A stretch of 64,000 bases of DNA, from positions 213,602 through 277,601 of IMG/VR virus record IMGVR_UViG_3300017792_000001; one strand, written 5' to 3'. The position numbers were made by a program, and so were the translations under genes. The stretch's first letter is position 1; each line of letters opens with the position of its first letter. The stretch comes from a virus (Duplodnaviria > Heunggongvirae > Uroviricota > Caudoviricetes). The notes below the pieces were generated by a model. That model saw only the letters and a program-made list of their open reading frames with translations, had not been told where the DNA came from and ran no database searches. This document shows positions 48,412-58,700 of this stretch, piece after piece.

Positions 48412-48498
48412 TGCGGCTGCACTGCATGATTTGCTAGACTGGAGAGCGCCCCTCCTGACAGCGTTGATTGCAGTGCGCCTTTGCCTGGAGTAAGCATC

Positions 48499-48948
48499 AT
48501 GAGCGGCAAACTGAATCTCGCGCTTGCCGTTATCGCGATGCAGCATGGTAACAAGGACGACTGTCTGAGTTACATGGCAAAAGCTGCTGAATTCGGAGAC
48601 GATCTAACCGATTTTGTCTCCGAGATCATTAAGCCGCCGCCACGTGCAGCGCGGAACGATGGCTCAACGCCACAAGCAGAAAACACACTGTCTCCGTCGC
48701 TCGCATCTTCGAATGCAGACTTCGTTACACTCGGCAACCGGGTCAGCCGTGTCATGGCAATTGCTGCAAGCCTTGATCATGGTGATGAAATGGACGCTGA
48801 GCAAGCGGATGAGTTCTTTGACGATGACCTCGAACTCGATACCGGCATTGACGGTGTTGACGAGGACGACGAAGACGAAGAAGAAGACCAAGAAGAAGAA
48901 GAGGCCCTTGCCTCAACGACTGCCGGTCCTATTCGGTACAAGCGTTAA
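48499..48948 (+). CDS. Acidic head-associated protein
   Basis: GGAG RBS before ATG 48499; SLAS/ALAS motifs. Confidence 0.7.
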   Translation: MSGKLNLALAVIAMQHGNKDDCLSYMAKAAEFGDDLTDFVSEIIKPPPRAARNDGSTPQAENTLSPSLASSNADFVTLGNRVSRVMAIAASLDHGDEMDAEQADEFFDDDLELDTGIDGVDEDDEDEEEDQEEEEALASTTAGPIRYKR

Positions 48949-48952
48949 CAAG

Positions 48953-48981
48953 TGGCGGCCTTCGTGGTCGCCATTTTCGTT
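48953..48981 (+). terminator. Rho-independent terminator
   Basis: TGGCGGCC-TTCGT-GGTCGCCA-TTTT. Confidence 0.7.
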
Positions 48982-48992
48982 TGGAGTGCCTT

Positions 48993-49661
48993 ATGAAACT
49001 GACCGATAATGTGGATCGCATCGTTGACAAGAACAGCGCTGCATTCCTCACACTGTATACCTTCCGGGAAGCGGTTCAACGTTTCTTTGGGATCGAAGAA
49101 TTCCCGCTGATCCAGTCTAACGACGTGAAGCGTGAAGTGAAAAAGAGCCTCGGTGTGGATGATCCAAACCACAGCGTCGCCGGTATTTACCCGTACAGCT
49201 ACTGGTCTTTGAGCGACATTGGTCTGGTAAAGGATCAACAGACGATCAAAGGCATCGCCCGGAACTCTCTGGGTTTCACGGTGGACGAACTCCAGAACGC
49301 AGTCGTCAAGAAGGCGTATCTGTTCCCATCGTCGATCAACGTGGAAATGCACTATCTCACCAAGGACTTGGTTGATGCAATGACCTTCATCAGTCGTGCA
49401 TTGATTGTTGGGCATAGTGGTAAGCTCAACGCCGAGGTGCAGCTTGATGGTGCTAAGTGGTTCGTCACCACAACGATGACCAGCGAGTCCATCTCCATTC
49501 CTCGGAGTGATAAGGACAGCGAAGCGGATCCAGAAGCAATGGATCTTGTCGTCAGCTTCCGTATCGACACCAAGCTGGGCGTCATGCGTGATGTGCCGAA
49601 GATCAACAACCGCGGTACTGTCACTCAAGGCGTAGAGCTTCAGGAGCACGGCAATGGTTGA
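48993..49661 (+). CDS. Probable neck/tail-terminator protein
   Basis: Position between head and sheath; YPYSYWSL pattern; GGAG RBS. Confidence 0.55.
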   Translation: MKLTDNVDRIVDKNSAAFLTLYTFREAVQRFFGIEEFPLIQSNDVKREVKKSLGVDDPNHSVAGIYPYSYWSLSDIGLVKDQQTIKGIARNSLGFTVDELQNAVVKKAYLFPSSINVEMHYLTKDLVDAMTFISRALIVGHSGKLNAEVQLDGAKWFVTTTMTSESISIPRSDKDSEADPEAMDLVVSFRIDTKLGVMRDVPKINNRGTVTQGVELQEHGNG

Positions 49662-51036
49662 TAAACTCCGCGGCAGTACGACGATCAGCACTGAAATCCG
49701 TTCGTACCAGACTGACTCCATCAGTCGTAAGTCCCTCGCCCGTGCAACGGTTGCAGCGCGCAGCAATAAGATCGAGCAGCGCGACGTTGAGGTAACGCAG
49801 ACTCAACCGTACATCATCGCACGGCACAGCAACAAGTTCCTGCAAATCTCCACGACATTCCCTGTGATGGCAACGTTCATCCCTGGGGTACCTGAAGTGG
49901 CTGTCCCCGAAGTACCGACGACCACGTACACTACCGGTGTGTTGTACGTTGAGCCAACCCTTGAAGCAGGCGAGCCTATCTCTGTGGCGCTGTATGACCC
50001 AGACCTCACAGGCAAGACTACTCAGGTGACGGTGTTCAACGCGACGACTGGTGAGACCGAGTTCTTGACGCTTACCCGTCTTGAGAACGATCTGTTCCGT
50101 GGTGCTATCCCGACGTTCCTGTGTCGCTACAAGGGCGACGACTTCGACGGCTTCCTGAATCTCCAACCCACAGACACCATTAAGATCATCTACCGCGATG
50201 GTCGTTTCAGTAATGGTGAACCGGGCACGGTGACTCACGTTGCACAGGTGATCAGCAGTGTGGCAGTGCCGCATCTGTTCGTTCGTCGTTCTGCGCCAGT
50301 AGATGCCGTCATTGGTATCTCGCTGCAAGACGTACCTGCAGGTGTCGTGCCTCAGGTTCGTGTCAGTGACCTGAAGTCAGCCACAGTCCGTGACATCCTC
50401 CTCGTTGCAGTTGACGGTGAATATCAAGGAACGATCACGCCGAACGAAATGGTTCCCGGCATTGCAGTAGGTGACGTGCTGCTGTTTGAGTTCTCGTACC
50501 CAGACATCTTCGGTACAACTGCCGTGCTCACTGCGCGCTGTGCGCTTGGTACTGGCGAGACAGAAGGCACGTTGACTGTACCAGCCACGATCGGCCGTGC
50601 TGCTGACTTCACCATTGAACTGGATGACCCCGACGTTGATGTACCGTATGTCGATCTGGTCATCAGTGGCAATACCTCCAACCAGTTCGTTCGCTGGCGT
50701 GCTCTGCGTCGTGCGACTGGCTCTGGGCTTTACCGTTACAGCGCCACACTTCCACCGCTGTTCGACAATGACCATGCAATCACCGTGACGTATGCGGATT
50801 CGAGCGCTGGTACACCGAAACTTGTCCAACGTGTTATCGCAATCACGGACATCGCAGCGCCACCCGTAACTGGTCCTGTTGTTGTACCTGAAACACCAAC
50901 AAACGAAGTAGAGCAGTTGGCATTGCAGATGGAGATTAACGGATTGTTCGTTTTAAACGGCCGCTTCTCGGGGATTATCAAACTCCGTGCCGTGAATAAC
51001 GAGACTGTCCGCTGCTCCATTACGCAGGCAAGCTAA
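49654..51036 (+). CDS. Virion structural protein with repeated Ig-like domains
   Basis: Repeated LYDPDL / LDDPDV..ITVTYAD beta modules. Confidence 0.65.
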   Translation: MVDKLRGSTTISTEIRSYQTDSISRKSLARATVAARSNKIEQRDVEVTQTQPYIIARHSNKFLQISTTFPVMATFIPGVPEVAVPEVPTTTYTTGVLYVEPTLEAGEPISVALYDPDLTGKTTQVTVFNATTGETEFLTLTRLENDLFRGAIPTFLCRYKGDDFDGFLNLQPTDTIKIIYRDGRFSNGEPGTVTHVAQVISSVAVPHLFVRRSAPVDAVIGISLQDVPAGVVPQVRVSDLKSATVRDILLVAVDGEYQGTITPNEMVPGIAVGDVLLFEFSYPDIFGTTAVLTARCALGTGETEGTLTVPATIGRAADFTIELDDPDVDVPYVDLVISGNTSNQFVRWRALRRATGSGLYRYSATLPPLFDNDHAITVTYADSSAGTPKLVQRVIAITDIAAPPVTGPVVVPETPTNEVEQLALQMEINGLFVLNGRFSGIIKLRAVNNETVRCSITQAS

Positions 51037-51040
51037 TTTA
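51034..51040 (+). promoter_or_regulatory. Putative late promoter TAATTTA
   Basis: Upstream of tail sheath gene. Confidence 0.6.
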
Positions 51041-51087
51041 CACTCAGGTATCAAGACAGTACCTAATCCATTCATGGAGACCATTTC

Positions 51088-52671
51088 ATGTTGAACAACG
51101 GCAGCAGCACAAGCGCCGGCGTATACGGTGGCACCGAGGACAACTCAGTCCGTGGTGTTGCCGTCTCGTCGTCGATTGGCGCCATGGTGTTTCCATCGCA
51201 CCGCGGCGCAGTCGGCGTACCAACGCTCGTAGTAGACAAGAAGGGCTTCCGGAAGAAATTCGGCAATCCAGACGCGAACCTGACTTATGGTCACTTCTGC
51301 GCCGAGCATTTCCTCGAAGAAGCCAGCCAGTTGTACGTTACCCGTGTGGCGAAAAATCCGCTGTACGGTTCTGTGCGAGTGGCAACCGTCAACAACTTCG
51401 CCACGATCGACCTGAGCGTTGAAGGCTTCGCTGATCCCGAAGACTACTCGTTCAACGAGCAGGACATCCTGTTCATTTACGCGGTTGACCCCGGCAACTG
51501 GAACAACAACATCCGCGTCGTGCTTTACCCTGATGTCTCGGACAGCCTGGGCGAGAAGTTCGTCCTGGAAGTTTACGAAGGCACCAACACCATCGCATCC
51601 GAAGTTTACCGTGCGACACTGCGCGATAAGCTCGACGGTTACGGTACCCAGCTGAACATCGAAACTCAGGTGGTTGCCAAGCAGTCGATCATCCGCGTGC
51701 GTGTGAACCAGAACCATCCGAAGTACGTCGCGAATGACGGTACCCGGCTGGTCAACTCGGTTATCACTGGTGACCTGACCTGGGGCAGCGACGGCGACAC
51801 GATCAGCGTTGACGACATCATCGACGGCTGGGATGCTTATGCCGACGTTGAAGAAGTCACCGTTACTCTGCTGATCAACGGTGGTTACTCCAGCCCAGCC
51901 GTGCACCTGAAAATGCTCGACTTGGCAGAGACTCGTGGTGATGCGTTCGCGATCCTCGATATGCCGTCGGACAGCCAGACCACGCAAGCTGGTGTTGCGT
52001 ATCGTCGTAACAGCCTGAACGCCAACACGTCGTTCGGTGCTATCTACACTCCGGATCTGAACATCCTGAACGACGACAACGTGAACATCTGGTGCCCACC
52101 TTCCGGCTACGTCGCTGCGTGTTATGCACGTACTGACCGTGTTGCTGCTGAATGGTTCGCACCTGCTGGTATCACCCGCGGTAAAGTGCTGGCCAACGGT
52201 GTTCGTGAAGTCTACCGTCAGGGCGACCGTGATACCTTCGACCAGAACCAGATCAACTTCATCCACCGCATGCCGTCTTACGGCCTGGTGTTGTGGTCCC
52301 AGGAAACGTTGCAAGCACAGGCATCTGCCCTGTCGAACATCCACGTTCGTCGCTTGATCAACAGTCTGATGACCCAGTTGAAGAACGCTGCTATGGTTGG
52401 TGTTTACGAGCCGAACGACAAGACTCTGCGTCTGCAATTGACCAACGTTGCCGAAGGCATCCTGGGCCCAATCAAACGCGGTCGTGGTCTGTACGGTTAC
52501 GAAATCATCTGCAACGACAAGAACAACACGCCTGAGCTGGAAGCGAGCGGTGACGTTATCCTCGACGTTTACGTTGACCCGATGATGATCGCCAAGCGCA
52601 TCCACCTCAACGCAATCGTACCGCGCACTGGTCAAATCCAGTATGCGATCACCACCTCAGACCGTTCGTAA
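51088..52671 (+). CDS. Contractile tail sheath protein
   Basis: AGVY, FRKKFGNP, LYVTRV, PPSG, WFAPAGITRG, IHVRRL, YEPND. Confidence 0.95.
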   Translation: MLNNGSSTSAGVYGGTEDNSVRGVAVSSSIGAMVFPSHRGAVGVPTLVVDKKGFRKKFGNPDANLTYGHFCAEHFLEEASQLYVTRVAKNPLYGSVRVATVNNFATIDLSVEGFADPEDYSFNEQDILFIYAVDPGNWNNNIRVVLYPDVSDSLGEKFVLEVYEGTNTIASEVYRATLRDKLDGYGTQLNIETQVVAKQSIIRVRVNQNHPKYVANDGTRLVNSVITGDLTWGSDGDTISVDDIIDGWDAYADVEEVTVTLLINGGYSSPAVHLKMLDLAETRGDAFAILDMPSDSQTTQAGVAYRRNSLNANTSFGAIYTPDLNILNDDNVNIWCPPSGYVAACYARTDRVAAEWFAPAGITRGKVLANGVREVYRQGDRDTFDQNQINFIHRMPSYGLVLWSQETLQAQASALSNIHVRRLINSLMTQLKNAAMVGVYEPNDKTLRLQLTNVAEGILGPIKRGRGLYGYEIICNDKNNTPELEASGDVILDVYVDPMMIAKRIHLNAIVPRTGQIQYAITTSDRS

Positions 52672-52679
52672 GGTGAACC

Positions 52680-52931
52680 ATGAGTAAGATTCAATGGAAA
52701 GCCGAAGCGACTGGCACTGGTTCGCAAGAAGCGACAGCAGCCGTGCACACCAAGAACTTTCAAGGTATGCCGGTTTCTGTCACTGAAAAGAACGGCAAGT
52801 TTGTCCTGAGTATCAACGGCGAACAAGCTCTTTCGTGGTCCGGCGACAACGAAGAAGACATCGAGGGTGTTACACTGGGTCGCGTCCCAGAAGCTCTCGC
52901 CGAATTCTTCCTGGCCTACCTCATTAAATAA
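52680..52931 (+). CDS. Small structural protein
   Basis: AAGGTG RBS; between sheath and tube. Confidence 0.7.
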   Translation: MSKIQWKAEATGTGSQEATAAVHTKNFQGMPVSVTEKNGKFVLSINGEQALSWSGDNEEDIEGVTLGRVPEALAEFFLAYLIK

Positions 52932-52945
52932 CTGGAGTCGGCATC

Positions 52946-53452
52946 ATGCCAAAACCAACGCTCGACGAAGTGCTTGACGTCGGTGACCCGATGTTGAACG
53001 ACAACTTCGACCTGACCTTCACCAGTGTTCCTGGGGGTGGCGATGGTCGTCAACTGCGCATTCAGTGCAAATCGGGTGTGAAGCCTGGTATGTCTGTAGC
53101 GCAAGCGGAAATGGAATTGTTCGGTCACAAGACCGTACACGCTGCTCGTAAAACGTTCAGCAACTCCATGTCCATCAGCTTCCACGAATCCTACGACGGT
53201 ATCATCAACACTACCCTCGAAGATTGGTCGGAAGTCTGCCGTGCTACCGATACGCAGTCTGGTTCGTTCAAAGCGGACTACACTGCCACTGGCCGCATGA
53301 CCATCTACGACCAGACCGGTGCAGAGTCGTTGAACTACGACATCTTCAACTGCTGGCCGACCGAAGTACCAGACGCCTCGTTCGACGGCGCCGGTGGTAC
53401 CGCAATGACCGTAGACGCCACGTTCGCGTACGACTACTACAAGCGCGTGTAG
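52946..53452 (+). CDS. Tail tube protein (gp19-like)
   Basis: After sheath; NCWPTEV..ATFAYDYY. Confidence 0.88.
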   Translation: MPKPTLDEVLDVGDPMLNDNFDLTFTSVPGGGDGRQLRIQCKSGVKPGMSVAQAEMELFGHKTVHAARKTFSNSMSISFHESYDGIINTTLEDWSEVCRATDTQSGSFKADYTATGRMTIYDQTGAESLNYDIFNCWPTEVPDASFDGAGGTAMTVDATFAYDYYKRV

Positions 53453-53458
53453 TGAATT

Positions 53459-53493
53459 GGGCCCTAGCTCGGCAACGGGTTCAGGGCCTTTTT
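53459..53493 (+). terminator. Rho-independent terminator
   Basis: GGCCCT ... AGGGCC-TTTTT. Confidence 0.7.
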
Positions 53494-53512
53494 CCTTTCT
53501 ACGGAGTCAACC

Positions 53513-54016
53513 ATGTCCAGATACGACATTGACGAGTTCGTTCGGCGCCGTGATGGTGACCGCAGTCCTATCCATGACTGGAAATGGCATTGCACGTCAC
53601 TGCCGTACGGAATGGATTCTGACTACGTTGAATCAGTCAGCATCCCGTTCCCATCGTTCAACATCAAGCCGTTGTTCGGTGCTGGCACGTTCTCGTACTA
53701 CCCGGGTTTCCTCGAAATTCAGGCCTTCGATGTTCAGTTCCACGAAGATCAGGCCTTGCGCACCTTGAAGTGGCTCACGATGTGGAAAGAGCGCATCATG
53801 GACCCTGAGAACGGTGCGTTCTACTTGCCGACGAACTACAAGATGGATCTGGAGTTTGAACTGCTCGACAGTGCCAACTCTCCCATTCTGTCGATCACCG
53901 CCAAGAACTGCTGGCCCAGTACGAAACAGAACTGGGATCTGAATTACACCTCGACTAACGGATTGCTCAAGGTGCACCAAAACTTCTCCACTGACGGCAT
54001 CAAGCTGAACATCTAA
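53513..54016 (+). CDS. Tube-fold baseplate protein (gp54-like)
   Basis: Tube paralogue: FHED, W...YK, NCWPS. Confidence 0.7.
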   Translation: MSRYDIDEFVRRRDGDRSPIHDWKWHCTSLPYGMDSDYVESVSIPFPSFNIKPLFGAGTFSYYPGFLEIQAFDVQFHEDQALRTLKWLTMWKERIMDPENGAFYLPTNYKMDLEFELLDSANSPILSITAKNCWPSTKQNWDLNYTSTNGLLKVHQNFSTDGIKLNI

Positions 54017-54029
54017 AGGAATACTAACC

Positions 54030-54815
54030 ATGATCTTCGATTCGACCAACATCCCGTCGCGTACTCTGCCTTACCCAGTGAAGCAGATTGAGGTCGCTCC
54101 GTTCAAGCCTAAGCAACTCGCCCTGATGTCGAAGGCGGTGATGCTGGACAACTTCGCCCCAGCTATTGAAGCAATGGGGCAGTCGATGACGAACCTCGAT
54201 GTGAATCACCTGACTGTGGGTGACTTCTTCTATCTGCTGACCTGGCAGCGCCTGAACTCGTTGAAGCGCAACCCTGTCATGGCAAAGTGGACTTGCCCAG
54301 GTACGATCTTCAATGACCGTGCAAACGGTACCAAGTATTTCCCTCGCGACGTCAAGGTCCTGGTGGAGAACTGGGAAGCCGCTGATGACGAAGTGCGCAA
54401 GGACATGATCAACCCGAACGACGTGATGCTTGATGGTTACGTGTGCAGTCATGCGAACTACGAACCCATCACCATGGAAGACTTCCGCATCCTGTTTCTG
54501 GATGACGACATCGTTCTGGATCAGCGTCTTGATTACCCTCGTGCTGAAACCCTGGCCGAGTTCGTTGATCTGCAACGCGATCCGGATTACGGGATGTTGG
54601 CAGAAGCTGGTCAGTGGGTGCGCAGTAAAGGCTCGTTGCTCAAGCGCGTGCAAGCAATGGTTGATGCAGAAGACACCGATCTGCTGGAAGCTGCGTGTGA
54701 AGCGAACCGCGATTACAAGCACGGCATTCTGCGCACGATCAGCAAGCCGTGTGCTGTTTGCGGCCATAGCCACGAAATGACCATGGTCGTTGATCCAAAG
54801 AGCTTCTTCCTATGA
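54030..54815 (+). CDS. Baseplate hub/tail assembly chaperone (T4 gp26-like) 1
   Basis: IPS..PY, LTVGDFFYLL, LDYPR, terminal CAVCGH. Confidence 0.65.
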   Translation: MIFDSTNIPSRTLPYPVKQIEVAPFKPKQLALMSKAVMLDNFAPAIEAMGQSMTNLDVNHLTVGDFFYLLTWQRLNSLKRNPVMAKWTCPGTIFNDRANGTKYFPRDVKVLVENWEAADDEVRKDMINPNDVMLDGYVCSHANYEPITMEDFRILFLDDDIVLDQRLDYPRAETLAEFVDLQRDPDYGMLAEAGQWVRSKGSLLKRVQAMVDAEDTDLLEAACEANRDYKHGILRTISKPCAVCGHSHEMTMVVDPKSFFL

Positions 54816-55756
54816 CGAAGATTCCCGAAATTGATGCACGCTTTGTGGACATTGGCGACTTGCCCACAGGGTTTGCACCGTACAGCTTCAAGCAATTGTA
54901 CGTTCGGGAATTTACGCTGGCTGAACTCAAGCTCCTGTATATCGGCATGCACAGCAAGCAGAACCCGCTGTCGCATATCATCCGGGCAATCCAGATGTGC
55001 TGCTCTATCCCTGTGATGGAGTTGACCGATGGTGACTTCGAGTTCCTCATGGCATGGCTTCGCAAGTCGAGCTATCCAAAAGCTCCGCTGCAAGTCAACT
55101 GGACGTGCAGACACACCAACATCGTCTACAAGGACAACCGTACCTTCTATCGTGGCCCTCCTATTGATGACCGTCAGATGGCGCTCGGCAATATGGAGTA
55201 TGAACAGTGCGATACCAACAACGTCGAGACCGTGCAAGCCTATTCCACCCAGATTGAATCCCTGGATGATGAACGGCTGCATATCACCGACAACCGCTTT
55301 GACTTCCCGCGTGTCAATACGTTGAGCGACTTCCACGCTCACATTGAAGAACACCCACATGAGAAACACATGGCAGAATGTGCCCGGTGGATCAAACGTG
55401 GTAAGAACTTCCGCGAGAAGTTTATGTACCTGATGACTCGACCGGACAATGACCTATACGAGGAGATTCTGGAACTGCGCAAGCTCTATCACCACGGGAT
55501 CGTGGAGAAGATGTCACTGCGCTGCCGAGTATGTGATCACCGTTGGACGCACTTTGCTGCACCGCGTCTGCTGTCCTTCTTCGCTGACAACTCGGAGGAG
55601 GACATCTTCAAGATCATGTACAACCTCCTGTCCGAGTTTGGCATGCAGCCAGATATGAGTCACCCAGCGAAGTTGGTACTGTTCACCTATAGCAGCCTCG
55701 CGAAGGACAGACAAGAAGCCGCCAACAGAAAAGGTGGATTCAAACCTTTAGCTTAA
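54812..55756 (+). CDS. Baseplate hub/tail assembly chaperone (gp26-like) 2 with C-terminal extension
   Basis: LTDGDFEFLM, FDFPR, CRVCDH..FF; paralogue of upstream gene. Confidence 0.65.
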   Translation: MTKIPEIDARFVDIGDLPTGFAPYSFKQLYVREFTLAELKLLYIGMHSKQNPLSHIIRAIQMCCSIPVMELTDGDFEFLMAWLRKSSYPKAPLQVNWTCRHTNIVYKDNRTFYRGPPIDDRQMALGNMEYEQCDTNNVETVQAYSTQIESLDDERLHITDNRFDFPRVNTLSDFHAHIEEHPHEKHMAECARWIKRGKNFREKFMYLMTRPDNDLYEEILELRKLYHHGIVEKMSLRCRVCDHRWTHFAAPRLLSFFADNSEEDIFKIMYNLLSEFGMQPDMSHPAKLVLFTYSSLAKDRQEAANRKGGFKPLA

Positions 55757-55768
55757 TCGGGTTTTGCC

Positions 55769-58700
55769 ATGAACGCAGCCAGTGCATTGGAACGAATGAA
55801 TAGCGTTGCGAGCAAGTTTGACACTGCGTCCGATTTGATGCAGAGTGCCGCAAACGATACCAAGGAAGACACGGTCGAGGTAAAAGACAAGGAGCAGAAA
55901 CCTGGCAAGGCTGGGAAGAAAGCGGCTGCTCCTGCTGCATCGCCAAAGAAAGAGAAGGCTGACGTTCACACGATGTCCAGTCGCTCTCGTCCTGAAGCGA
56001 AGGCAGTGAAGAACTACAACGAACACAACCAGACCACAATCAACAAGCACTTACCTGCGAACGATGATGGTCAAGTGGAGCGCCAGAACAAGCAGATTGC
56101 ATTGGCCCAGCAACAAGCCATCAGCATGAAGCAACTGAACTCCACCATGAAGGAAATCCTGACTGTCCTGGAAAAGGATAAGAACAAGATCACACCGAAG
56201 ACCCAAGAGTTCGCCAAGTCGAAAGGCTTTGCAGACGTTATTGGGCAAGCGAAAGATGGCATGATCGACAAGATCGGTTCGCTTCTCGGTGACCTCATGG
56301 GTGACTTCAAGTCCAAACTCGGCGATCTGGGTGATATGATCGGCGGTGGGAAAGACAAGAAGCGCGGCAAGAAGAAAGGGCGTAGTCGCAGTCGTGACCG
56401 TGCTCGCCAACAGCGTCGTGAAGCTGCGCGCATTCGTGCAGGTGGTGCCCCAGGTGGCGGACCCAATGCAGGTGGTGGTTGGTGGTCAAACGCCGGTGAT
56501 CGTCTCAAAGGTATGTTCGGCGGTGGAGGTGGTGCTCACGGTGGAGGTGGCGGTCGTCCTCGTTTTGGTGGGGGTGGTGGTCGTGTAGGTACCGCGCTCA
56601 AGATCGGTGCTGGTATTGCTGGCGCCGTCGGTTCGTATGAAGGCGTTAAGTGGCTGGGCGGTAAGCTCGGCATGGTCAGCAAGAGCGAAGAATCTGGTAA
56701 AGGTGGCGTTGGTACTGTCTCGACGGGTAAGGGCGACAACGGCGGTGTGAGTTATGGCTCTCACCAGTTGAGCTCCAAGACGGGTTCGATGACTGCCTTC
56801 CTCCAGTCTGCTGACGGTCAGCCGTATGCGCAGCAACTGCAAGGCCTGCAACCAGGCTCTGCCGCATTCACCCAGAAATACAAAGAGATTGCCGCGAATG
56901 ACGGTGAGAACTTTGAGAAGGCCCAAGACCAGTATCTGAACCGCACGCACTACGCACCCCAAGTCAAGAAGGTCAGCCAAGACACAGGCATGGACTTCTC
57001 GAAGAAAGGTCGCGCTGTTCAGGAAATGCTGTACTCAACAGGCATTCAATACGGACCTGGCTCTGGTGTTGTGAGTGCTGCGCTCAAGGGCAAGAACGTT
57101 GCGAACATGAGCGACTCGGAGATTGTGCAGACGGTTCAGGACTACAAGTCTGCAACCACTGACCGTTACTTCTCCAAATCCTCGGGTGACGTACAAGCTT
57201 CGGTAGCCAATCGCGCATTGCGTGAGAAGGCCAAGCTGCTCGCTATGGACAAGCAGGAACTGGAAGCGAAAGCTGCTGGTGCCAAGCCGCAGACAACACC
57301 TCCTACTGGCGTCACAATGGCAGAAGCTGCTAATGACGACAATGTAGAGGAAAGTACAGTAGCGTCAGCGGCGCCTGCCCAGAACACACCAACGACGCCT
57401 GCCGAGCCTGTGGGGATACTCCCTATGGCTGCTGGAGCGGGTGTTGGCGCTGCTGCGCTGTTACCGACACTGATGCCCGGACGTGCGAAACCGCCGACTA
57501 CCCCATCACTCACGCCTGCTCCAGTTGCTACGCCCTCAACGCCTGCGATTGCAGAGCCGCACATGGGCGCTGCTGGAGGTGCAGAACGCGGTGCTGTGCG
57601 AGGTGGTGAACAGGCTGCAGCCGCTGCTGGCAAAGGTATGCTAGGTCGCGCTGGTGCCAAGATCCTTCCGGGTGCGAACATCGCTCTCGGTGCTGTGGAT
57701 GCCTATGACATTATCACCGATGAAGAAGCCACACGTGCGGAGAAAGAGAAAGGCCTTGCTGGTGTCGGTGGGGGTTTTGCTGGTGCTGCGGCTGGTGCTA
57801 GCGCTGGCACTGCTGCCGGTACTGCTATCGGCGCTGGTATTGGCTCACTCTTTTTCGGGGTGGGAGCTATTCCTGGTGCTGCTATTGGGGCAGGACTCGG
57901 GTTGGCCGGGGGTGCGGTAGGTGGTTACTTCGGTTACAACGCAGGTTCTGCTGCTGGTGAAGGGCTGTACGATGCTGCACTCGGTAGTCCAGAGGAACAA
58001 GCGGCGAAGGCTGCAGCCACTGCAAACCCTGTAGCAGGCTCGACACCGTTGATGATGTTGACCCAGCAGAAAGCAGACGAGACTGGTGACCCTCAGGCAG
58101 TAAGTGCCGCGGCCGCCATGAAGACAGTGGACGAAGCGATCAAGAAGTCTACTGCTGCTATCTCTGTGGTCAACAAGGATGCAGAGAAGGCCAAGGAAGA
58201 TGCGGCTAAAGCTGCTGCACCTGAAACACCTGCTGCAACTCCAGAAGTCAAAGCAAGCGGACCTGTTGCGTCGTCCAGTCCTCAAACACCCGGTGACGTG
58301 AACACGATGCTTGCTGGTGCTGCTGCAACGGGTGTCGCTGCTGGTCTTGCCTCTGCTCCGTCGGCCGCGGCTACTGCTGGTGGATTAGGTTCAGGTATTG
58401 CAGGTGCTCTCGCTGCTGGTCTTGGCTTACCTCCGGGTTGGGCTGAGTCGATCACATCGGGTTACGGGGATGCGCTTGCTGCTCAGGCTCAAGCAATGGG
58501 TAGCGATGCTGTGCTGCCTTCACCTACCGCTCCTGTGAAAGCAAGTGCGCCGGTAACTGCTCCGGTTCCAACGCCGACAGTCAGCATGCCTGCAACTCAG
58601 AAGGCACCGCCGGTTGTCACTGCGCCACAGCCGAGTCAACCAGTTGCACCGACAAGCCCTGCATCGTCTGCGTTCTACAAGGATGCTGACATTGCACCGT

